A stretch of DNA of 64,000 nt, from positions 114,824,001 to 114,888,000 of the forward strand of contig NC_043002.1 of NCBI RefSeq assembly GCF_006345805.1, in the 5' to 3' direction. The translations under genes were made by a program, and so were the position numbers. The notes under the pieces are model-generated. The model was given only the letters and a program-made list of their open reading frames with translations. It searched no databases and had not been told where the DNA came from. Below are positions 1 through 10,390 of this stretch, piece by piece. The stretch is from Octopus sinensis (Eukaryota). Numbering within the stretch: position 1 is the stretch's first letter; each line of letters starts with the position of its first letter.

Positions 1-249
1 TATGCATGAAAATAAGTTAGAAACATCCACAGTACTTTATGCATGCATAAAACATTAGAAGGGAAATATCTTATCAAATAAGAATCGTGTTATCGTAATA
101 GAGTACGTTCTTACAACAAAAACGATGTTGGCTATAATGTGAGGTTTGGTGGTGGCAGTAAAATCGGAGTGATTGGGAGGATGAGAGACACTATCATTTA
201 TCTTATAGTTCACCCTCAACAGCATCTGCTTGGGAGGTGACCAAGTTAT

Positions 250-485
250 CCAATTTGCTCGATGTTTATTATACATCATTTCTTTGTACTGTTCAGTGTT
301 GGAATTGCCATTGTAAGCCCCTACAGTAATGTTTGGGTTACGTTCAAAATTGGGGTCATTATCAGCACAAATTTACAAACGTTCCATCTTTTTGGCAATA
401 TTCTTCGCACATGATTTAAGTGGAGTATTCTCAGCTTGCTCTTCTTCTAACAGCATCAACCCTCTTTTGATAAACTTTCTCTATG
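250..485 (-). mobile_element. Degraded Tigger/pogo-like transposase C-terminal remnant
   Basis: The minus frame reads EEEQAENTPLKS...MERL*ICADNDPNFER...YKEMMYNKHRAN. This resembles the Tigger C-terminal pattern DPNxER...YxxIYxEKKRA and has one in-frame stop. Recognised by eye only. Confidence 0.4.
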
Positions 486-799
486 AGACACTAGTAACTC
501 AACCATACCACCCCCCATGATTGCATTCCCTAAAAAAAAATCACCAAGCAATTCGCCCCAAAATATTTTATTCAAATCTCTATAATCTAGATTTCCAGCT
601 CTACATTCAATTTATACCACAAGCTATGTAGCCTACAGTAGTTCACAATAAACTTCAACCACATCAGCTTTCTTTGATTATTTTAACATGCAAAAGCTAT
701 AAATATTGAGTTCACCTTAAACCAAATGTTACAAATATAGCAGTTTTAATTTAAAACCTGAAACACAACTTCTTTCATTACGATAATATCTGTGCCTTC

Positions 800-975
800 T
801 GAGGTGGCGAGCAAGAAGAATCGTTACCGCGCAAAATGTTTAGCGGCATTTTGTCTGTGTCGACTTTGCCTTTCATCCTTTTGGGGTTGATAAAATAAAT
901 ATCAGTTGAGCACTAGGGTCGATGTAATCGACTTACAGCCTCCTCTGGACTTGCTGGTCCTGTGTTAACATTTGC
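800..975 (+). mobile_element. SINE family A, degraded copy
   Basis: Contains GTCGACTTTGCCTTTCATCCTTTTGGGGTTGATAAAATAAAT...GGGTCGATGTAATCGACTT, shared with many other copies in the window. Confidence 0.8.
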
Positions 976-1048
976 AGGTGTGTCCACCATATTGTTTTCA
1001 AGGTAACGGTGGAGGGGTGATTACATGCTGAAATACAACCGGATCAAT

Positions 1049-1573
1049 CACGTGACTTGGTCGTAGCTTACAACTGGCGTCTGACGCAAAATGTAATATT
1101 TTTTGACTAAGCAGCGACATAGTTAATTGTATCATAGACAATATGCAATTTTTCATGTTTAACCCTGAACTGAAAGCTGAATGGGTATGCCTATGATCAA
1201 TAGCTTCCCATTCACGACGACCCGTCTTCTATCACGTATTGAACATCTAAGAACATTATGCATAAGGGTCTCTTCAAGTCTTTTGTTGTGTACATTAAGG
1301 GAAGATTTAGTTGCTTTTTGTTGCACGTCGAGCGGCCACATAGAAGCTTGCTTGATGGTTCGCTCAGCGTACAATTGTTGATTCTTATTTTACAGACAAC
1401 TGAAGAGACAAAAGACCAAGTGAAGTCAAACCGATTTTAACACGTGATGATATATAAAACTGAATACTAATAGACCGGTCTGTTGGTTTTCAACTCTAAA
1501 ATTAATGACCAAAAGCAATTATCCCGTCAAGTCACGTGACTGACTGAAAGCAATAATTTATGTCGGTCACGTG
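1049..1573. promoter_or_regulatory. Cluster of four CACGTG E-boxes, including a perfect GTCACGTGAC
   Basis: CACGTG at 1049, 1441, 1533 (within GTCACGTGAC 1531-1540) and 1568, in non-repeat sequence. Confidence 0.35.
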
Positions 1574-1959
1574 GATGGCATTGAAACTTGTAAAATTAGA
1601 AACATTAGCCTATGCGGATGTTAGGCACTCTCTACTTATTCTAATATCAACTAGTTCCTTGTTGCATATTAGTCACCAATTGCTCCTGTGTGTATAATTA
1701 TTTCCATGGTTTATTCCATTTTACTCCACAAGTCTGCCATTTAGATATTATATTTAATTCTTGAGATACAGATAATTATCTTTACTAATAAACACTGAAG
1801 AACCAGGTGAGGTCTGTAGTTAGAGATATTGATAAATAGAAGAGGGAGTGAAGGAAGAAGGAGGGGAGACGTTCGCTCGTGTACGCACGCACAAGTGCAC
1901 GCGCATATATACATGCATGTGCATATATTATGCATATACATCTTTTTTTTTTTCTTTTA

Positions 1960-2160
1960 TCCTTTACTTGTTGCAGTCATTAGACTGCGGCATGCTGGGG
2001 TGCCGCCCTGAGAAATTTTTAGCCGAATGAATCCACCCGAGTACATTTTTTAAAGCTTGGTACTTATTCTATCAATCGCTTTTGCCAAACCGCTAGTTCA
2101 CGGGTAAGGAAACATACTAGCACCGGGTGTCAATCGGTGGTGAGGGCCAAACACAGACAC
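1960..2160 (-). mobile_element. SINE family B, 3' half
   Basis: TTTACTTGTTGCAGTCATTAGACTGCGGCATGCTGGGGTGCCGCC...TACTTATTCTATC matches the reverse complement of the family B tail. Confidence 0.8.
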
Positions 2161-2388
2161 CATGCCATAGATGTGTGTGCGTGTTGGGGGGTATGGGTGT
2201 GTAGTTATGGTGTATTATATTAAGAACCTAGTAGATTAGAGTACAAAGTTCGACCTCCTTCAGACTTCACCGTGGTATCCACCGTAGTATTATACGTACT
2301 TCCAGGTTTGTGTTTGGGCTTCTGTCGTGTGTGAATCGATAACTGAAAAAATTGTGAAGTCAACAGGTTGGACATTTATTTCCAGTCA

Positions 2389-2567
2389 CTACAATTGTTT
2401 CTGCGCAACGTAGTTCTCCAGACGTGCAGGTACTTGATTATGCAACCGTTTCCCTGCATTCTGAGATCCAGTTGTGCTTCCCCAGGCAATATGTAAATAT
2501 TGTCTCTGTAATTTCAAATTCTCGACTTCAGGATCATCTTCTCTGTCTGTCATGTCAATTATGATAC
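2389..2567 (-). other. Candidate exon carrying a 54-aa ORF (MTDREDDPEVENLKLQRQYLHIAWG...KQL)
   Basis: Acceptor GTTTTCTATTTATAG|G at 2568/2567 with an upstream GCTAAT. The ORF runs 2553-2389 in unique sequence. No recognisable homology. Confidence 0.2.
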
Positions 2568-2693
2568 CTATAAATAGAAAACATTATTTCAATTTTTTCA
2601 ATTAGCAAACTACACACATATATATATATCTTAATCAACGAAAGTTGAAATTTCATTGATTAATATATTCTTCTATAGACAATCATACAAACT

Positions 2694-2696
<3 letters not shown>

Positions 2697-2766
<70 letters not shown>
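2697..2766. repeat. (TA)n microsatellite
   Basis: Pure TA run directly flanking the inverted ribozyme unit. Confidence 0.98.
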
Positions 2767-2770
<4 letters not shown>

Positions 2771-2981
2771 CAATGATAAATCTCAGAGCGAGTTATAAAC
2801 AGTAGCGGTGACACAACGTGATGCATATATGCCATTTGAATATGGCTAACCCAAGAGGGTGGATGCTACTGTAGTTTGTAGCCCCAGGTGGACACCTCCT
2901 CCAGCTGGCTATAGACACACTATCTGTGTCCTGTCAGTATTTGTGAAGGGGAGTCATCTTCCCCGTCTTCAACACATGATA

Positions 2982-3026
2982 CACACGTACCCGAGTTTCA
3001 AGGTGTTTACCTTTCATCAGCGTGTA
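2982..3026 (-). ncRNA. Type I hammerhead ribozyme (left arm)
   Basis: The minus strand reads ACACG-CTGATGA-AAGGT-AAAC-ACCTT-GAAA-C-TCGG-G-TA^CGTGT. The core is intact, with predicted cleavage between 2988 and 2987. Confidence 0.8.
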
Positions 3027-3312
3027 ACAATCATGCTTGTCGACGAGAAGTCAGATTCCTTCACAAATACATATACTTTTTCCAGTGTCGATATGACACT
3101 GATATTGAAAAAGTGAAATCAAACAATGATAAATCTCAGAGCGAGTGATACAACACCGGCATGCTGTAGTTGTGTCACCGCTACTGTTTATAACTCGCTC
3201 TGAGATTTATCATTGTTTGATTTCACTTTTTCAATATCAGTGTCATATCGACACTGGAAAAAGTATATGTATTTGTGAAGGAATCTGACTTCTCGTCGAC
3301 AACCATGATTGT

Positions 3313-3357
3313 CACACGCTGATGAAAGGTAAACACCTTGAAACTCGGGTACGTGTG
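3313..3357 (+). ncRNA. Type I hammerhead ribozyme (right arm)
   Basis: Stem I CACACG(3313-3318)/CGTGTG(3352-3357); core CTGATGA(3319-3325); stem II AAGGT/ACCTT with an AAAC loop; GAAA(3340-3343); minimal stem III AC/GT; GUA cleavage after 3351. Confidence 0.85.
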
Positions 3358-3533
3358 TATCATGTGTTGAAGACGGGGAAGATGACTCCCCTTCACAAAT
3401 ACTGACAGGACACAGATAGTGTGTCTATAGCCAGCTGGAGGAGATATCTTCCTGGGGCTACAAACTACAGTAGCATCCACCCTTTTGGGTTAGCCATATT
3501 CAAATGGCATATATGCATCACGTATATATATAT

Positions 3534-3740
3534 TCTTTTATTCGTATTTTATTCTTTTATTTGTTTCAATCATTTGACTGTGGTCATGCTGGAGCACCGC
3601 TTTAAAGGGTTGTAGTCGAAGAAATCGATCCTAGGATTTATTCTTTGTTAGCCTAGTATTCATTCTATCCGTCTCTTTGTCCGAGCCGCTAAGGAACTTA
3701 AACACGCGATCATCTGTTGTTAAGCGACAGAGACACACAG
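3534..3740 (-). mobile_element. SINE family B, 3' half
   Basis: TTCTTTTATTTGTTTCAATCATTTGACTGTGGTCATGCTGGAGCACCGC, the family B tail motif. Confidence 0.85.
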
Positions 3741-3870
3741 GCGGCGAACTGTCAGAATCGTTAGCACGCCAGGTGCAATGCTTTGCGGCATTTCGTCCGA
3801 CTTTATGTTCTGAGTTCAAATCTCGCAGATCTCTGGTCATGGTTTTATATTTTTCCAGTATCAGTAAAGT
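3740..3870 (+). mobile_element. SINE family A, 5' part
   Basis: GGCGGCGAACTGTCAGAATCGTTAGCACGCC...GTTCTGAGTTCAAATCTCG, a tRNA-like head with A- and B-box-like motifs. Confidence 0.8.
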
Positions 3871-4109
3871 ACTCTGCTCCATCAAATGAGCTGAAAGATA
3901 GATTAAAATATTGGATGTTGTTGACGTCAAGAAGTTTAGAAAATTCGAGAGAGCGTAAAATAATTCGTTTTTTATCCTTTGAACTCGGAATACAAATATT
4001 TACTCGCTTTTATTCATATAAAAGCGAGTAAATATTTATAGCTTTTCCAGATCGATTATAACTGTTAAAAATGAATAATTAGAGCATGTCTTTATATTGA
4101 CTGCAAATT

Positions 4110-4760
4110 TTGGTACAAGGCCATGCAATTTTGGGGCGAGGTTGGGTGGAGTAAGTCGATCACATCGGTCCCTATGTTCAACTGGTATTTATTTTATCGA
4201 CCTCAAAAGAATTAAAGGTAAAGTCGACCTTGGCGGAATTTGAACTCATTAATTTCAGGGTTGGATGGAGGTCTAGGTCGATTACATTGACCCCATTGCG
4301 AACGATTCTGCAACCTCGCCACCTTACTGCTATAAAATTTTGGTTTCAAATTTTGGTACAAGGTCAGAAATTTCAGAGAAGGGATTAAGTCCATGACATG
4401 GACGCCAGAACTCAACTGGTACTTATTTTACTGGCCCGAAAGGATGAAAGGCCAAAATCAACATCAGTAGAATTTAAACTCAGAACGTGCAGACGGACGA
4501 AATGTCGCTAAGCATTTATCCCAGTGGGCTAACGATTCTGCCAGTTCACTGCCCTACTGCCTTACAATATTGATTTCATGTTCTGGCACAAGACCAACAA
4601 TTTAGGGGAAGTGGGGATAGACCAGTTACGCCGACCTCAGTACTCACCTGGTACTAATTTAATCAGCCACAATAGGATGGAAGACAAAATCGACCTCGAT
4701 TTTGAACTCAGAGCACAAGGACGGACGAAAAGCATTTTGCTTGGCATGCTTACTACCATA
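4110..4760 (-). mobile_element. Three adjacent degraded SINE family A copies
   Basis: Repeated GTCGATCACATCG / AACTGGTACTTATTT / AAAGTCGACCTTGGCGGAATTTGAACTC motifs at ~4130-4320, ~4380-4560 and ~4610-4760. Confidence 0.75.
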
Positions 4761-5694
4761 CAATATAAATAATAGAATTAATGGTGCAGTAGCAGTAGCA
4801 GAAGCAGAAGCAATAGTTGTAGTAGTCGTTATAGTTTGTAGTAATGGTGTATATTAATGTTTTATTAATTAAGTTTAAGATTATTTACATATTGTATCGT
4901 GTTACTTCCCAGACCTGTTGTTGGTTATGCAGTTTAAGTATAAAAAACCCCTGTCGCACACTAATTCAGCTTCCCTTCTTTCTTTTCCGTTTTTCTTTTT
5001 TACATTCTTGACTTCAGCACCATTAGTTACATCACTATCCTACTAATAACAACATTTGTAGTTGTGACAGTAACAGACTTTTACGACTACAAAGAGATAT
5101 TTAAAGTGTCGCGAATACATGTTCTATAATTAGAAAAAAATTGTTTCCTCCCTGAAGTTGTCGTGTTTATAACATGGGTAAAGGTTGCAGATACGTTGCA
5201 ATACACCCCTGAACTCCTTTTTGAACACCAGACATTCCATATACAAATATAGAAGAAGGAAAAAAAGCATGTTAAAAAATATAAACGGTTAGCCAAGCGA
5301 GCATGTGTGGAATATATTTAACCGAAGAAAATATCTGTTAGATTATTCAAGAAATCATATACACATTGGCAGCGGCAGCTGCGTGTTTGTTTTGATTCTA
5401 CTTCTTTTTGCCTCCCTTATTTGATAAGTCAACAAATTTATTTGTATGTCTATGGATTTCTGAATACTTGAGTTAGCGACAAGTGGAAGCATTAACTCTA
5501 CGTATGATAACATGTAACATTCTAAAATGATGGATGTTTATAAATATATTTCCTAGATAAACAAATATGATAAAGGACTCTGCGTGTGAATAAGAGCTAA
5601 AGAGAAGCGTCTGTATCGTTTGAGGATTTACACCACATAAATCGCTCTAAGCTCGCTCGCGCACACATGCTCTTTGATGCGGGTACTACGCTAG

Positions 5695-5736
<42 letters not shown>

Positions 5737-5844
5737 GTGTGTGTGTGTGTGCGTGTGTGTGTGCACATATACATATGCGCATATATATATATATGTATAT
5801 GTGACTACATATGTATATGTATGCGTATATATATATATATATAA

Positions 5845-5893
<49 letters not shown>

Positions 5894-5935
5894 TAATATA
5901 TATATATTATATATAATATATATATATATATGTAG

Positions 5936-6100
5936 AGGCGCAATGGCCTAGTGGTTAGGGCAGCGGACTCGCGGTCGCAGGATCGCGGTTTCGATTCTCA
6001 GACCGGGCGTTGTGTGTGTTTATTGAGCGAAAACACCTAAAAGCTCTACGAGGCTCCGGCAGGGGGTGGTGATCCCTGCTGTACTCTTTCACCACAATGG
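5936..6100 (+). mobile_element. SINE family C (tRNA-derived head), 5' part
   Basis: GGCGCAATGGCCTAGTGGTTAGGGCAGCGGACTCGCGGTCGCAGGATCGCGGTTTCGATTCTCAGACC head plus body, homologous to 19775-20160. Confidence 0.8.
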
Positions 6101-6448
6101 CGGTGCCCCAGCATGGCCACAGCTCAAGAGCTGAAACTGGAAAAACAAACAAAACAAAACAAACAAAAACAAATATAAAATATATTGGGCTACCCAGGAC
6201 TTTCTTATATCTAGCCCAGGCCTGCGCAAAACTGGAGAGGACATTTCAGTGCTGCTGTAAAAAGCTGCAGAAACAACAAGGGAGGTAACAGTCACGAGTG
6301 ATAAGTCCATTCAGATTGGCGTAAAATATGGGCGCTACGGGTTACCTCTGACGGTGGGAGGGACCTCCGTGTCCTATTGGTTAGCTATTGGTCTCTGACA
6401 ACTATATCTGGTCTGTTGGCCTTAATTTCTCTATCTGTGTGTATTGGG

Positions 6449-6449
<1 letters not shown>

Positions 6450-6503
<54 letters not shown>
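6450..6503. repeat. (ATT)n microsatellite
   Basis: Pure trinucleotide run. Confidence 0.95.
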
Positions 6504-6504
<1 letters not shown>

Positions 6505-6881
6505 CTTCACTATTCTTATATGGAAATATGAACAAATGAGTACATACTAGTGTATGTCTATGCGCGTATGCTTCCTTGATGTATTCGTATGTGCGTAGAT
6601 ATCAGTGAGTTTGTGTATCTCTGCATGTATATTTATAAAAAGAAAGAAAGAGAGAGGGAGAGAGAGGAGAGAGAGAGAGGGGCGGAGTGAGAAAGGGGGA
6701 GAGAGAGAGCTACGGATTAAAGAACTGATCGTTTAAATACCATGATTGTCTCCAGCGGACTGTTTACAATTTATGATCGTAATCAAGCTGTCTATATTGA
6801 GCATATCATGCACTCCCTCTCTTTTCTCTCTCTCTCTCTCTCTCTCTCTGTATATATACATATATATATATATAATATATA

Positions 6882-8213
6882 TTATTGTTGGCATCCTTTT
6901 TGTCTCGGGAGACAATGAAGTTGCGCATAAAATAGTCCAGTCCGGCTTTTACATTTCATGTCCTGATACATTTCCTGCTGTGGCTGTGTAGTCCTATCCT
7001 GGATAAACACTCCCTCTGGCAGGTACCGCAAATGTAGCGAAGACTGTTCCTCGCTGGTTGTAGTGTCATAGTTTCTTGTTGACGTCTTTTCTTGTCTTTC
7101 CATTTCTCCTCTCTCTCTCTGCCACTCCTTTGTATTCCCTCTTTTACGGTACGTCGCCAATCTCCACGGTTGCTGGCAATTGCTTCCCAACTGCTAATGT
7201 TGATGTTGCAGGCCTTCATGTCCCTTTTGCAAACATCCTTGTATCGTAAGAATGGTCTACCCACAGACCTAGTACCCCTAGCAAGCTCTCCGTAGAGTAT
7301 GTCCTTGGGGATTCTGCCATCTTTCATACGGCTAACATGCCCAAGCTATGTCATACGTCTTTGTGTGAGGAGTGCAAACATGCTTGGTATTCCTGCTTGC
7401 TTGAGGACATCTTTGTTGGGGATATGATTCTGCCATTTGATGCGGAGAATTTTCCGGAGGCAGCGCAGGTGAAAGATGTTTAGGCGACGTTCTTGGCGTG
7501 TGTATAGCGTCCAAGTAGAGTGCTAAGTACACATGCCTGGTAGATCTTCATTTTCGTGGTCTTGGTCAGCTTATTGTTGTCCCATGCCCGTTTGGAGAGT
7601 TGGGCCATCGCAGCAGCTGCCTTGCCAATGCGTATATTGAGCTCAGCGTCAAGGGATAGGTTGTAGGTGACGGTAGAGCCAAGATAGGTAAACTTCTCCA
7701 CCTCCTGTAATCTGTGGTCTCCAATATGTATGTTTGGGATGTCCGATGTAGCCTGACCCATGATGTTGGTCTTCTTAAGCCTTATAGCTAAGCCAAAGTC
7801 GTTACATGCTTGCTCAAAACAGTTAATGAGCCTTTGGAGGGCTTCTTCTGTGTGTGATACCAGAGCGGCATCATTAGCAAATAGCATCTCCTTGATCAGG
7901 ACGTTTCTGATTTTGGTCTTGGCACGCAGGCGCGAGAGATTGAACAGTTTCCCGTCACTTCTACTGTGCAGAAACACTCCATCATCTGATGTCTGAAAGG
8001 CATGTGAGAGCAAGAGCGAGAAGAAAATGCCAAATAATGTAGGAGCGAGGACACAACCTTGCTTTACCCCGTTTTTTATTTGGAAGGCGGCTGATGTTGA
8101 AGGACTTGATGATCCTCAGCAGCTTTAGTGGACATCCGATTTTTTGGAGCAGGATGAAGAGGCCTTTTCTATTTACCGAGTCAAAGGCCTTTATTAGATC
8201 AATGAAGGCCATA
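6882..8213 (-). mobile_element. 5'-truncated RTE-clade (BovB-like) LINE: RT domain, C-terminal zinc-finger-like motif and 3' UTR; inactivated
   Basis: Motifs seen: AFIDLIKAFDSV, GVKQGCVLAPTLF, EMLFANDAAL (FADD mutated), FTYLGS, RMKDGRIPKDILYGEL and CGTCQRECLSRIGLHSHSRKC. It carries an internal deletion with frameshift near 8100, a deletion near 7520 and one stop. The tail is GGATGCCAACAATAAT. Confidence 0.95.
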
Positions 8214-8285
8214 AAAGAAGGATGAAAGCAGATAAAATAAGTACCATTTGAGCACTGGGATCGATGTAATCGACTAGTCCCCTCT
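8214..8285 (+). mobile_element. SINE family A fragment abutting the LINE truncation point
   Basis: GATAAAATAAGTACCATTTGAGCACTGGGATCGATGTAATCGACT. Confidence 0.65.
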
Positions 8286-8612
8286 CCCATAATAATAATA
8301 ATGATGATGATGAAGATGAGGAGGAGGAGGAGGAGAAGGAGGTGGAGGAGGATGAGGAGGAAGATAAAAGTACAACTGGTTTCCAAGTTGGGCGCAAGGA
8401 CCTTAAGTTAATCAATACTATCAACCTCAGTACGTGACCGGTACTTCATTTTACCGGGTTCGATAAAATAAAATAACATCGAATACCTGGAATCCACAGT
8501 ATCGATTAACACCTGAAAACTGCTGACTTTGCACCTAATTTCTTATCGCGCGCGCGCGCACACACACACATACGCACACACACACACACACACACACACA
8601 CGCGCACACATA

Positions 8613-8770
8613 TAGGCACAAGCGTGACTGTGTGGTAAGAAGCTTACTTCCCACCCTCATGGTTCCGAGTTCAGTCCCGCTGCGTTGTATTTTCGGCAAG
8701 TATCCTCGGGCTGCCGAAAGCCTTATGAGTGACTTTGGTAGATGGAAACTGGAAGAAGCCCGTGGTATAA
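8613..8770 (+). mobile_element. SINE family B, 5' half
   Basis: GTGACTGTGTGGTAAGAAGCTTACTTCCCACC...GGTAGATGGAAACTGGAAGAAGCCCGT. Confidence 0.85.
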
Positions 8771-8835
8771 ATGTGTGTGTATGTGTGCGCGCGCGCGTGT
8801 GTGTGTGTATGCGCGTGTGTTTGTGTGTGTAGCTA

Positions 8836-9246
8836 GCTGCGTAGGAGTGGCTGTGTGGTAAGTAGCTTGCCTACCAACCACATGGTTCTGGATTCAGTCC
8901 CACTGCGTGGCATATTAAGCAAGCGTCTTCTGCTATAGCCCCGGGCCGACTAATGCCTTGTGAGTGGATTTGGTAGACGGAAACTGAAAGAAGCCTGTCG
9001 TATATATGTATATGTATTTATGTGTCTGTGTGTGTTTGTGTGTCTGTGTTTGTCCCCCTAGCATTGCTTGACAACCGATGCTGGTGTGTTTACGTCCCCA
9101 TCACTTAGCGGTTCGGCAAAAAGAGACCGATAGAATAAGTACTGGGCTTACAAAGAATAAGTCCTGGGGTCGATTTGATCGACTAAAGGCGGTGCTCCAG
9201 CATGGCCGCAGTCAAATGACTGAAACAAGTAAAAGAGTAAAAGAGT

Positions 9247-9250
<4 letters not shown>
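8836..9250 (+). mobile_element. SINE family B, full length
   Basis: Head GCGTAGGAGTGGCTGTGTGGTAAGTAGCTTGC, an internal TA/TG microsatellite, and tail GCAGTCAAATGACTGAAACAAGTAAAAGAGTAAAAGAG. Confidence 0.95.
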
Positions 9251-9281
<31 letters not shown>

Positions 9282-9282
9282 G

Positions 9283-9313
<31 letters not shown>

Positions 9314-9919
9314 AATGGGGTTTGCATATAAGTATGTATGTATATTCAAATGTGTGCGTGTATGCAGGTGTGCGTATACTTATATTTGAAATTACATTTA
9401 TTCACCTACTTGATAACATTGTACAAATGTTCACATGCATAAAATATGTGTTTATAATTATTTTACGTAGCCACCGTTTCTTCATTACCACTAAAGGATT
9501 GAATTGCTGCATTCACCCATAACTCACGTGTGTCTAAAGACATCTGAAAGAGTCGCTGAAAGCTCAGGAAATTTATTTCTTTGTATACCTAGTAGTGGGG
9601 ATATAATCTACGAACAGCAGCATTAAGATCTTCGTGTTATCTTAACCGAAATATTTCAGACTAGCATTAGTCGTATTTGAAATTTAAACTGTATTATAAG
9701 TAAGCTGTTTGGAATTATTTTTGCTTTATCTCTTGGTTAATTCTGTAAGAGGATCACCATAGAGTGTAAACTATGCTAATTTTATTCAATCTTACACTTC
9801 GAAAATTAAAGCCTGTCTCTGAAAGAATTTAGGCTTAGAAAAGCTAGTCAATTACCTAAGTTTTGATAAACTTTTTAACGCTATATTATATAAAGTAATA
9901 ATGTATCCAAATAAGATAC

Positions 9920-10079
9920 ATGCAGGTCTGGCTGTGTAGAAAGAAGCTTGCTTCCCAACCTAATGGTTTCCCGTTCAATGCCAGTGCGTGACACTTTGGG
10001 TAAGTGTCTTCTACTATAGCTTCAGGCCGACCCACGCTTTGTGAGGATATTTAGTAGACAGAAGCTCAAAGAAGCTCGT

Positions 10080-10123
<44 letters not shown>

Positions 10124-10130
10124 CGTGTGT

Positions 10131-10169
<39 letters not shown>

Positions 10170-10390
10170 TGTGTGTGTGTGTGCGTGTGCGTGCGCGCAC
10201 GCTTGTCACCCAGCATCGCTTGACAACAGCTGTTACGTCCCTGTAGGATAACGGTTCGGCAAAAGAGACCGATAGAAGAAATACCAGGCTTTCAAAAAAT
10301 AAGTACTGGGTCGATTCATTCGACTGTCTTCAAGGTGGTGCTCCGGCATAGACGCAATCTAATGACTAGAACAAGTATAAGATAAAAGAT
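9920..10390 (+). mobile_element. SINE family B, diverged full length
   Basis: Same head, microsatellite and tail organisation as 8836-9250. Confidence 0.85.

Larger units (their letters stand above)
2768..3521. mobile_element. Inverted pair of a ~353-bp hammerhead-containing unit (Penelope-like pseudo-LTR or retrozyme)
   Basis: The arrangement is A(2768-2817)-B(2818-3120)-partial A(3121-3146)-spacer(3147-3168)-rcA(3169-3218)-rcB(3219-3521). I count about 7 mismatches between the arms. Each B contains a hammerhead core. Confidence 0.8.

Noticed and set aside
978-1440. Possible plus-strand micro-exon (978-1002) and terminal exon (1396 onward)
   Set aside because: The first acceptor lies in a SINE tail and the products are too short to evaluate.
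2859-3480. Twin 85-aa ORFs MDATVVCSPR... on opposite strands
   Set aside because: They are antisense to the hammerhead unit, duplicated only because of the inverted repeat, and show no recognisable domain.
5936-6010. tRNA-like sequence (also 20085-20160)
   Set aside because: No closed acceptor stem, and it continues into a shared SINE body, so it is a SINE head and not a tRNA gene.
7982-8386. 134-aa ORF with a hydrophobic N-terminus
   Set aside because: A chimera of simple repeat, SINE fragment and frameshifted LINE RT.
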